Positions 12,175 to 22,829 of a stretch of DNA of 64,000 nucleotides are shown one piece after another. The stretch comes from Hemiscyllium ocellatum. Its lineage: Eukaryota. The position numbers and the translations under genes are program-made. How positions within the stretch are numbered: the first letter of the stretch is position 1; each line of letters begins with the position of its first letter. The stretch spans positions 43,753,877 to 43,817,876 of the forward strand of contig NC_083429.1 of NCBI RefSeq assembly GCF_020745735.1, in the 5' to 3' direction. The notes beneath the pieces are model-generated. The model did not search any database. It worked only from the letters and a program-made list of their open reading frames with translations, and was not told the DNA's origin.

Positions 12175-12317
12175 GACTTGAAGCAGGGCGTATGCCCCAA
12201 ACGTAGATTCTCCTGCTCCTTGGATGCTCCCTGACCTGCTGTGCTTTTCTAGCACCACACTCTCGACTCTACTTTGGTGCAGAGAAAGTGAGGACTGCAG
12301 ATGCTGGGGATTAGAGC
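12175..12317. mobile_element. PLE-derived family A fragments (degenerate, partly inverted)
   Basis: GGGCGTATGCCCCAAACGTAGATTCTCCTGCTCC...CTCTCGACTCT followed by AGAGAAAGTGAGGACTGCAGATGCTGG. Confidence 0.7.
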
Positions 12318-12485
12318 GATAGTATACATTATTAGACCCACCAACCACTTTTTATCCCTCTCCAAAAACTCCTACCTTCGATATTTCCATATTAATGGAA
12401 TAAAACAAACTAACCTTTGAAATTGTTTTCTATATTTTATGAAAAGCAAATTCAAATTTTGACAACTTGTTTGCCTCCAAAACAG

Positions 12486-12620
12486 GATGACCTAGTTATC
12501 GATGTAACCGAGAAGTACAGACTACAGCTTGATCTACCTGAAACTATTAGTGAAGAAACAGTCACTGCAAAATTCAACAAGAAGACTCACATCCTGTCTG
12601 TGGAGATGCCTATCAAGTAA
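12486..12620 (+). CDS. PIH1D2: PIH1D2 last coding exon (protein 324 aa)
   Basis: AACAG|GAT; DDLVIDVTEKYRLQLDLPETISEETVTAKFNKKTHILSVEMPIK*. Confidence 0.95.
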   Translation, partial: DDLVIDVTEKYRLQLDLPETISEETVTAKFNKKTHILSVEMPIK

Positions 12621-12740
12621 CCATATTACATCTCTCAATTAAATATATTGATATTATATTAATGAAATGACCAATAATAACAGTTAGCTCCGTGTCAGTC
12701 ATTGAAAAGGACAAATTATAATTGGTTGGAAGTGTAATTG

Positions 12741-12746
12741 AATAAA
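12741..12746 (+). terminator. candidate PIH1D2 polyadenylation signal
   Basis: First AATAAA, 120 nt after the stop codon. Confidence 0.5.
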
Positions 12747-15700
12747 ATACCAAATATCTTGACAGTCTGCATGGGCTTTGAGGGGATTGAGTACCTGGGG
12801 AGACAGGTAAGGCCGTCGGGGGTTTCAGGAGAGGCGATACTATTGCGAGGTAGGAAAACCAGTTAGCAGATCTAGGTAGTGTATTCCTTCAGTCGGGCAA
12901 GTGCTGAGGTAATGTTGCATTTCACTGTTTGTTCCCAAGCGGAGTGTGGTCACGTGGAGGTGCCAGTGGCATTGTGGGTAGACTGTCACTGGCTAAAAAC
13001 AGACACTGGTTCTGTGAGCAAGTGATGGCCAGGCAAAGTGGTTTGCTTTTCTCCCACACTCCATAATTGCATCTGTGCTATTTGCCTCAACTATTCTGTC
13101 ATACAAATTCTGCATTCCCAATTTCTACCATTTCCTCTACTGCAGCTTTGTTAGTCTTCTTAAAATTTAATATTCTTATGTAAATTAAATTAATTTTACA
13201 TCTAATAAGACTGCTCCTCAAAAGCGGTTTCTCCCCTCACCTTCTTTGCTGCCAAACTAATCTTCTGTCACACCTTTATTGTTAGCATTGACATGGATGG
13301 TGCTAACAGGGGTGGTGCAACTTGAGTTACCAGCTGCTAGAATATCATCTATGACTAAGATTAGAAACTCTATAGGCACAGGAAGACATGAATGTAATTA
13401 AACTCTCCACTTTAATTTTGTATTGGTCCTCACCAGCATGAAATGAATGTTGTTAGCAAAACATAGAAAATGCAGTACTTACTAATTATAATTTGCTCCT
13501 AATTAAGATATCTTCAAAATCAGAGAATTATGATACTTTCAATATACTAAATAACATAAACATGGAACAAATACTTCATTGTTTTGTCTATTATTTTATT
13601 TAAATCCTGGTTTTTAATGTAAGTTGCCACTACATACCAAGTTGCTAGTCTGGGAGGTTGTGGATTGAATTAACAATACAGATATAGTATAAGACATTTC
13701 ACTATAATTTACAGAGACCTTACCAATTTGTGCGTTTTGTTTAGTCTCCCCAAAAACTATTTCAGGATCTAAAAATTCTAAAAATTGGTTTTATGCTGAA
13801 TATACAGCAAAATGGTGCTTCCACCAAAACAAAAATGCCCAGATTTTTAAAGTCAGATCAATGTGTGCAGCATAACAATTTCCATATTAACAATACTGAC
13901 CTGCAAGCAAGAGGGACATCATGTGTTACTCAGACCCACCCACCATCAAACAGTACATAATCCCCAACAGGAAAGAATACAAATTATAAATGAAGTGTGC
14001 ACTGGAAAGAAAAGCGCTTCCTATTTTATATGCAATCCTTTAAGTGCAACAATTAGCAAATTAACTTGATTGGCAACATCACAATAATAAACAAGGTTAT
14101 ACAAATTATGAAAACGCTACTTAATAATGAAGCATTACTATGCACCCCAAAGATATACAGGACATCAAGGCAATCCATTTGAGAATCAAGTTAATTCAGT
14201 TGATCAATTAGTATCCATGATGTTAGAAGTACAATATTCTTCTTTGCAGCACACATTGATTCTAGATAACAAGGCGATTTAATCACACCACATTGAACAG
14301 CAAACAAATATACTTTTAAGTAGTATTAATGAGCATATGGCATTTTATTGGTAACACAACTGGCATACAAATGTGAGATATTGTACAGTACTCTACATTT
14401 AATTTGGTTTCAAGTTTCAGCTTTTATTCCCCCCCACCTTTCCTATTTGTCAGAGTTGTTAGGTATATTAAATAATAAGGCATGAAGTATCTGGAGTGGT
14501 AAGAATGATCAACAGATATTTTAGGCAGTAAACAAAACAATTAGCCTGCACTGCACCAAGAACACAAACTAAAGAATATAAGCAGGTTTGGGCTCATTAT
14601 TTTATTCTGAAACTTATTTTTATATCTAGTTGTTAATTATCTGTGGAATTCAGAAAGACTTGACTAAAATCAGGAGAAAAACTTTTGTTCTGTGTGCAGT
14701 TACCTGTTCTCCACCACCTGACTGCACTAGACAAAACATGTGCAAACTGGAAAAAAGCAGGTACTGATTGCAGTGACAGTAATCACAAGAGGACTGAAAA
14801 TTGACTGGAAACATGCATTTCTGAACTCTGCGTAAAGATACAGTATTTCAAAATTTACTCAGCCTCAGCCAATTTTAAAGAGGGTTGGAAACAAACCCAC
14901 CAGATTTGAGAATGCTAATGAAGAAACAATCTGGCATTTATCAGTTGTCAGCAATGAAATATTTTTTGTTATGTGGCACATGTGGAATATAAACACTTTG
15001 AAAGTTGTTCTTTTGCATCTCATTTCATATTATTTACAGTAATAATTGCAATTTACACTTGGAAAGGGGTATAAAGATGCATAATATTATTCTGGGGGAT
15101 AACCTACTTTAAATAATTTGTCATCTGATGCATAAAAATGGGGAAAGAAAAATCCTTGTAATTCTTGTCTGGTTAACAAGTACTGATCTACAACCCAAAA
15201 CAATATTCATGTGTAGTATTTACTTTCAAAATAATTCCAGATCATTGTAACATAGTTAGTCGAATAATATTGGACTAGAAGTTATGCTTTTAATTTAGTA
15301 CTTCAGCACTGATTTTAGATCAGCTAATTAAGAGAAATATATAAATATGCCCTATACCTGGTGAGGATTAATACTGTCATGCCCAGGGTATTCTATGACA
15401 CCACTTTTACAGAAAGCAGAGAAGATCTTGTACATTGAATTCTGATTTTTCTTCAAAATAAGGAAAAAAGTCTCAGATTTAAATATATTATGGACTTTTG
15501 GTACTGGTTAGACTTCCTTTCTAGATTGTGGCATCTGAACATGGAAGGGTGGAGCATTTAGGTGAATTATCAGTTAGGAATTCAGTTACAGTACTGATAG
15601 TTTCTATGTAGACCTGGAACTGGAAAACAGTATATTGTTCTTCAATTTACTATGAATTTGAGCTCAATTGCATATCTTGTTTTCACTGTTTGTACAAATA

Positions 15701-15799
15701 CTTTAGTCTTACATGGATAACAGGAATAAGGAATTCATAAATAAAACCACCTTAGGGGAAAAAAAACTCGACACTTAAATAAACACCAGTTCTTGAAAT

Positions 15800-15929
15800 T
15801 TATAACAGCATGGTAGGTGGCCTTTCAAGGAACTTCTTGAACTCGGCTAGCCACTGGGCACCAACTGCTCCATCCACAACACGATGGTCACAGCTCAGGG
15901 TTACTGACATTATATTGGAAACATTAAAT
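15800..15929 (-). CDS. DLAT: DLAT exon 14 (catalytic DHRVVDG motif, stop; protein 620 aa)
   Basis: CCACAG|[43 protein letters not shown]. Confidence 0.97.
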
Positions 15930-16361
15930 CTGTGGAAGTATGACATGGTAATGGTGAAATTTCAAGATTACACACTTGACCAATGCATAGAAATACAACA
16001 GCATCTAAAGTTAATTGAATGATACAAAGCTACAGAATTGACTAAACATATTATTAACTAAAATAGATCACTTTATTCAAATCTGATTTATTCAATGGAT
16101 ACTTAAAATCCTTTTGACATAATATATTTTATTCTGTTTCAACACCTAGCCATCTCTGGATGACATGCTGTATGACTTACATTTCCAGGGAAAAGTGTGT
16201 TTTAAAGATTCATTAAATTTCCATAAATCTAAAATAAAACACTCCTTTACAATATGTACACAAAATTTCTAACACTTTAGATTTAATTTGTAACAGGTAA
16301 CAACATTATCTTAAAACAAGTACTTCACTAATAGTTAAGAATAATTCATAAAATTGCCTAC

Positions 16362-16498
16362 CCCCTCTCATTTTCTGCAGGAAGCAGTCTTTCTTCTGAT
16401 CCACCAATAGCAAGAATGCATGCTTGGGGTGGGTTGATAATCGCTGAAAAATTCTTTATACCATACATTCCTAGGTTAGATATTGTAAACGTTCCACC
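16362..16498 (-). CDS. DLAT: DLAT exon 13
   Basis: [45 protein letters not shown]; AG/GT boundaries, 137 nt. Confidence 0.97.
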
Positions 16499-16764
16499 CT
16501 AAAATATGAAGGAGAAAAACAGCAAGTTAAATAAAATGTACAAATTCTAAAACTTCTAACAGGAGCAAGACTGGATGGATATGAGATTCCAATGGCTAGT
16601 GACGAGAAGCAGGGGACAGAGGGGGCAGGCCATTTAAGGCTGGAGTAAAAAGGCATTTCTTCACTTTAAGTCATGATATGAGGTGCCAGTGTTGGACTGG
16701 GGTGGACAAAGTTAAAAAAATCACATGACACTAGACTATAATCCAACAGGTTTATTTGGAAATA

Positions 16765-16907
16765 CAGACAAACCTCGATTATCTGAATATCAATTATCCA
16801 GCAAGATCGCAAAGTCCTGATGCTTGGCTAAACTATGTTATCTGGAATTTGCTTAACTGAATGAAATACCTCCTGTTCGTGTCGTTTGAATAATCGAGGT
16901 TTCTCTG
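16765..16907. mobile_element. Tigger/pogo-like MITE, 143 bp
   Basis: TA|CAGACAAACCTCGATTATC ... AATAATCGAGGTTTCTCTG|TA; removing it restores the host pLTR GGAAATACAAGC. Confidence 0.85.
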
Positions 16908-17222
16908 TACAAGCTTTCTGAGCACTGCTCCTTCATCAGGTAGCATGAGGAGTAGGATCATGTGATACAATTTATAGCAAAAGATCATACATCATATATT
17001 GACAGGATATGTTGAACAAACCTAAATTGCTGCTAAGTCTTTCATCTTTTAGACTGAGTTGCAGGTTTCAATTCATTAATCTGTAAATCTGAGGACTTCT
17101 TTCAAGCCAAAGGTTTTATTTAAAAAGGTTACATGTCAGCTCAGACATTGCATTAAAGGTGTCAGGTTAGAGTCTTGAGCCAGACTGGTTCCATTTTCAA
17201 AGTTGGAATTTATAAAACGTCA

Positions 17223-17403
17223 AGTATAAAGTGAGGTCTGCAGATGCTGGAGATCAGAGCTGAAAGTGTGTTGCTGGTTAAAGCACAGCAGGTTAGGCAG
17301 CATCCAAGGAACAGGAAATTCGACGTTTCGGGCCAGAGCCCTTTTTCCTGTTCCTTGGATGCTGCCTAGCCTGCTGTGCTTTAACCAGCAACACATTTTC
17401 AGC
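17223..17403. mobile_element. PLE-derived foldback element (family A)
   Basis: About 60 bp inverted arms; perfect 15-bp TSD ATTTATAAAACGTCA at 17208-17222 and 17404-17418. Confidence 0.88.
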
Positions 17404-17524
17404 ATTTATAAAACGTCACATGGATTACGAAAAAAATAATGACTGCCTACAGATTGTGCGCTTTTTGAACAAAAGAGAATGTATCTGCAACTACAATTCT
17501 GTAAATGCAAATTCACCTCAGTCT

Positions 17525-17790
17525 TGTGTTTGTGTGCACATGCATTTGAAGGAGAAAGTGTGTGTGCACTGCGCTTGATAGTGTGCGCGCAAATGTGACG
17601 AAATATATGTCAGAACATGTGCACATGGGTGAGTATTTCTTTTTGGTGGGGGGGGGGGGGGGGGGAAGAAAAAAAGGTGTGCGCATGCATGCGCACACCT
17701 GAGACAGTGTATGAGAGAGGGTTTGCATGAGTGTGCATGTACGCAACTGTACATATGTATGTGCACTTGTGCAGGAGTGAGTGTGTATAG
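17525..17790. repeat. degenerate (TG/CA)-rich simple repeat with poly-G, part of the PLE body
   Basis: TGTGTGCACATGCA-type low-complexity sequence. Confidence 0.7.
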
Positions 17791-18212
17791 TTTAGTGGGG
17801 TCATCTGTAGTGTCACATGAATCCAAGGTCCTGACTGAAACCACCTTTATGGGTACCAAACTTGCTATCAACCTCTGCTTGGCATTGTTGCGTATCCTGA
17901 AGTCTACCTTGGGGGACGGTCACCCAAAGATCAGAGGCCAAATGTCCTTGGCCTCTGAAGGGTTCCCCGACTGGGAGGGAAAAATTCCAGTCTGACGATT
18001 GTTGTGCAGTGTCCATTCATCCGTTGTCGTAGGGTCTGCTTGGTCTCTCTAATGTACATTGCCTGCAGATCAACGTTGGACGAGCCACAAGTACCTGCTA
18101 TGTACATGGTGGGTGGTGTCCATGTCGACACTTAGACATTTTGCAGTGATTGCATTGACAGGGTTGTACCATGTTGGGGTCGATGCCCGGAAGGCTGGGC
18201 AGTTTGCTGTGA

Positions 18213-18529
18213 TTCTATTCACCGAGCTGGGAGTTTTTGTTGCAAACGTTTCGTCCCCTTTCTAGGTGACACCCTCAGGTGCTTGGGAGCCTCCTGTGAA
18301 GCGCTTCTGTGCCTATATACCAGCCACTGCAGCGGACAGCAACTGACAACCGGAAGCGGCAGATTCAAACCACTATAAATGCTGGAGGAATCAGCAGAAG
18401 CGCTTCACAGGAAGCTCCCAAGCGCTGAGGATGTCACCTAGAAAGGGGATGAAACGTTTGCAACAAAAACTGCCAGCTCAGTGAACAAAACAACAAGCAC
18501 CCGAGCTACAAATCTTCTCACAAACTTTG
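18213..18529. mobile_element. PLE-derived foldback element (family C) with hammerhead core
   Basis: Inverted arms; + strand CTGAGGATGTCACCTAGAAAGGGGATGAAACGTT at 18425-18458; 12-bp TSD AGTTTGCTGTGA at 18201-18212 and 18530-18541. Confidence 0.85.
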
Positions 18530-20099
18530 AGTTTGCTGTGAACAATGGCTGCTAAGATTTGGTGGTTGTTTAAAGTTGAGAAGTGGAGGAGTGGGAAGGG
18601 TCTTGGCGAGGTGCTCATCCTCAAATGTGTTGCAGTGTGCAAAGATGGTGTATTTTCTCTGCTCCTGCGAAGTACTGGACACCCAAAGGTACCCTATCGG
18701 TCACATCCAGTGTCCGTACCCTGAGGACATCTTTACAGTTTTGTGTTGTGGCACATCGGAACTAGCGACAGACACATCAGAACATTCCCAAATACACATA
18801 CACACACACACAGCTTTTTGACAGGTTCCATGCTTGCCTTGCACAGGACAATTTGGGAGAGATTGTCTGGGGACGGGGTGGGGTGCACCTCTCTGAAGAA
18901 CTCCAGGGGAAGTGTGGGGAGAGAGAAGACGGGAGGTCAGTCAGTCACGGGAGACAGTGCCTGTTTAATCACTGTAAACAAAAGATGCTATCACCGTTGG
19001 AAACACAGCTTTGATGTAATGTTTCTATCAGGACCTCGAGATCGCCTTCGGATAATCCAATTTTTGGATAACTGGTATTCAGATTCCCTCCCTCCCTTGC
19101 AGGAACACACATACAAGTCTATGGGATGAATCTGCATTTGCAGATACTTTCTATTTTGTTCAAAAAGTGCACAATCTGTAGGCAGTCAATACTTTGTACA
19201 ATCCACGTGATATTTTATAAATTCCTACTTTGGAAATGGAACCAGTCTGCCTCAAGATTGGATGCATAAGATATATACAGACTTTAACCTCACACCTTTA
19301 ATGCATTATCTGAGCTGATGTGTCACTTTTTAAATATAAAACCTCGGAAATGTGACTTGAAAGTCATCCTGGGATTTACATATTAATGAATGGAAACCTG
19401 CAACACATCCTAAAAGATGAAAGGCTTAACAGCAACCAAGGTTTGTTCAATAAATCACATTAGTGCATGACACTATGATCTTTCGCTATAAATTCTGCGT
19501 CCTATGATCCTACTCCACAAGCTACCTGACAAAACAGCAGCGCTCCAAAAGCTTGTACTTCCAAATAAACCTGTTGGACTATAACCCAGTAGTGTGATTT
19601 TTAAACTTTGTTCACTTGAAGTGATGAATCTTTGGAATTCACTACCCCAGAAAACAGTGGCACCTCGATTATTGAACAGTTCATACCAGAAATCTGAGGA
19701 ATTAAGGAATATGGAAACAGGAGAAGAAAATGGCATTAACATAATCAGTCATGATCTATACTGGAGGGGCAGGCTCAAGGAGCTATTTTACATTGCTAAT
19801 TTTAAGGAACAGAACCAAATTCTCTCACATGCCCCAAGAGCAGATCAGTAATCGTGGTCTTTGATTTCATGTTGGTGCTTGATTAGGTCAGGCAAGGTAT
19901 TAGTGATTTGATGTTGCCTTCTGTAGGATAGCTGATCAAAAAGGCTTTTCTACTTGTATAACCTACCATAACGCGCATTGGAGGGATTACCAGGTTGACA
20001 CCGAACTGGTTTGGCTATGAATGAAGCTTTAGTGGTCAAGTCCGAGCTACTGGCTCAGAGGCAGGATGCTGCTACGTTACAAGACCTCTTGTGTACTAG

Positions 20100-20710
20100 G
20101 GTCACAGATCTCTAGCACGGAAGTAGACCCCTTGGTCCAACTCATCCATGCTGACCAGATACCCTAAATTAATCTGTAGTTGCACCAGCCTCCACCACTT
20201 CCTCTGGCAGCTCATTCCATATGTGCACCACCCAGTGCGTGAAAAAGCTGGCCTTTTGGTCCATTTTATCTTTCCCTTCTCACCTTAAACCAATGCTGTC
20301 TCGTTTTGGAGCTCTTTACCCTTGGGATGAATAGCCACGGTCTTTTCCCATCATGCCCTTCATGATTTTATAAGGTCACTCCTCAGCATCCAATGCTCCA
20401 GGGAAAACTGACCCAGCCTGTTCAGCCTCTCCTGATCAAATCTTCCAACCCTGGCAACATTCTTGTAAATCTTTTCTGAATCCTTTCAAGTTTCACAACA
20501 TCTTTCAATAGCAGGGAGACTAGAATTGAACGTAGTATTCCAAGTGGCCTAACCAGTGTCCTGTACATGACTCCCTAACTCCCAAACACAAAGCACTGAC
20601 TGATAAAGGGAAACGTGCTAAATGCCTTCTTCACTACCTGTCTACCTGTGACTCCACTTTCAAGGAACTATGAACCTGATCCCCAAGGTTTCTGTATTCA
20701 GCAACACTCT
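20100..20710 (-). mobile_element. CR1/HER1 LINE 3' fragment
   Basis: Reverse complement of the 8560-9270 copy, more diverged. Confidence 0.85.
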
Positions 20711-21486
20711 TCTACATTACTGATCCATTTATAGATTGGTGTTTTATAGACCAGGTACACACACACAGGAGAAAATTTAAAAGTTTGCAGACAATACAAA
20801 ACTCAGAAGTATTGTAAACTGACAGGAAGACAGTGCAAGTTCAAAAGAACATTCATAAGTTGGAGCAGTAGGCAGGTGGATGACAGATGTCAATGCAGAT
20901 AAGTGAGAGGTGATCCAGAGACAGTATAAAATGAACCATGCTAAAAGAGTATGTAGATGTGCAGACAACATGGATAGAATGGTTGCCTCCTGCACCAAAG
21001 TAATTCTGTGATTTGGAGAGATATAACTAAATACAGCACTTTCATTTTTACTGTAACTTACCTGGTTTGAGGGGGAAGAACTCTCAAAACAAACTGAAAG
21101 AAAAGGTGATTTTCTAGGGTCTGATCAAGTATTTGAACAAATGAAGCAAGGCTTCTTTGTATTCATTCCAGCCTTTTTAGTTACTTTTTACACCTGTATG
21201 CTTTAGCAACATGTGTATGTGCACATCCAAACCAGTTTGCTCCCTCAAGGTTTAGTCTCTTGCCATTAAGAAAACATCCAAATTGCCTTTCTTGGATCAA
21301 AATTATGTAGCATTCCACTTCACCAGACTGAACTTAATTACACACGTTTCATCTTAAATCATCACATTTAATGCTTTGAATTCTTCCACGTAACCAGGAT
21401 ATCATTTTTTTTTATTCCCATACAAACACAAGGTACTGAAACGAAGTGACAGGTGCACTAGATTATTTTCAAATATTAATTCTTAC

Positions 21487-21649
21487 CTGAAATTCATGGG
21501 GCTGGAGTTTTCCATCACGAGCTTTCTCAGCGAGGGATTTCACATCATTACTGATGGAGGCTAGTCCTTTGATGTGTGCATTAAACACAATGGGAGTGAT
21601 CAGACCAGCAGGAGTGCTCACCGCCACACTAACATCCACGACGTGGTTT
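21487..21649 (-). CDS. DLAT: DLAT exon 12
   Basis: [54 protein letters not shown]; AG/GT boundaries, 163 nt. Confidence 0.97.
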
Positions 21650-21807
21650 CTGATGGGAAACAGACAGCAATTAAGTTACTCTATTTGATGCTTTCCATCA
21701 GATAACTTTGTCAATGAAGGTTTATACTAGTTTAACCCAACCACAATTTTTTGGAGCAAGATATTGTTCAGTTAATAACAATCTGGAGTAGAAGATGGTA
21801 GCATCAC

Positions 21808-22030
21808 TGTGGTGCAGTGATACCATCCCCATCTCTGGACCAGAAGGTCCAGGTTCAAGTTCCATCTGCTCCAGACGTGTGTCATGTGTCTGGACAGTTT
21901 GACTAAAAATACAGACAAAATGATTGAGGGTCTTGCAGTGAATTGGTAGTGTCCCTAACTCTGAAACAGACAATCTGATTCAATGCCCCACCTGTTATGA
22001 CAAACGTGGGATGTGTCTGTGACAGGGTAA
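21808..22030 (+). mobile_element. tandem pair of short tRNA-head SINE-like units
   Basis: A box TGGTGCAGTGA and B box GGTTCAAGTTC followed by CTGCTCCAGA..TGTGTC; related units at 938-1006, 3148-3216, 20020-20090 and 43055-43282. Confidence 0.55.
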
Positions 22031-22527
22031 TTTATAATAATTACAAGTGGACCGATCATGAATCCCTCAAGTAGGAAATAAAATCCTCGACGGGACATTG
22101 CTTTAAAGCAAACACACTTTTCATTACTTGTGACCTGGATTCAAATACAAGATCGATGGGATAAATGCACCCTTCCTCAGGACTAGAAGCTGGATGGATC
22201 AGTTATATCAGGAAATAGTTGAGGCACTTGCAAAGCATTGTTTTAAATAAGCAAAAGGCCACAGTTCAGACAATTTAGAGTTCAGCAGAAGTTGTTCTCC
22301 AATTGGCAGTCTCAATCAGAAGTAATGAAAAAATTCAGGATAGTGTAGGAAATTAGCAGAGGTAGAAATTCCGCCAAAATCCAGTTGAATGGCAGAACAG
22401 GCTCAAGGGACCGAACAGCCCACTCCTGCTCTTGGTTCCCACGTACAGATTCACACGCTACTAAACATAAAACAAAGGCAATTTGCTCGAAATAAAATGT
22501 ACAAATTTAAATAGACTGACTACTCAC

Positions 22528-22646
22528 TGCCTGATAACTGTGTCCAACCAAGAGGAGTTAACTTCGGGAATCTTTAAGCATGCCAAAGCTGAAGCCTTTA
22601 TGAGGAAATCATTTACTGACAGCTTAATGTCTTCAGATTTGACTTC
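22528..22646 (-). CDS. DLAT: DLAT exon 11
   Basis: [39 protein letters not shown]; ACAG| and |GTGAGT. Confidence 0.97.
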
Positions 22647-22829
22647 CTGTTAGTTAAAAGGGGCACAAGTATTAAGGTCTTGCCACAGTTCTAAACTGCA
22701 AAACAACAACTTCACTGAGAACTTTGCTTAAAATTCTTGATTGTAGGTAAGCAATGTCTCATCTACACCAATAAAAATCTGAAACAAATGGACCGAAGAA
22801 GCCTCAGCCTTTGAACTTGTCTAACAGGT

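Larger units (their letters stand above)
16677..19610 (-). mobile_element. about 2.9 kb Penelope-like element with inverted pLTRs and GIY-YIG remnant, inserted in an old CR1 tail
   Basis: Long inverted terminal blocks (about 16690-17510 vs 19130-19610); - strand YIRETKQTLRQRMNGH (GIY-YIG) at about 18010-18060; duplication TTCACTTTAAGTCATGA (16660-16676) / TTCACTTGAAGTGATGA (19611-19627); hammerhead core at 16911-16939. Confidence 0.82.

Noticed and set aside
17513-17995. His/Cys/Thr-rich ORFs
   Set aside because: Translations of TG/CA low-complexity sequence inside a PLE
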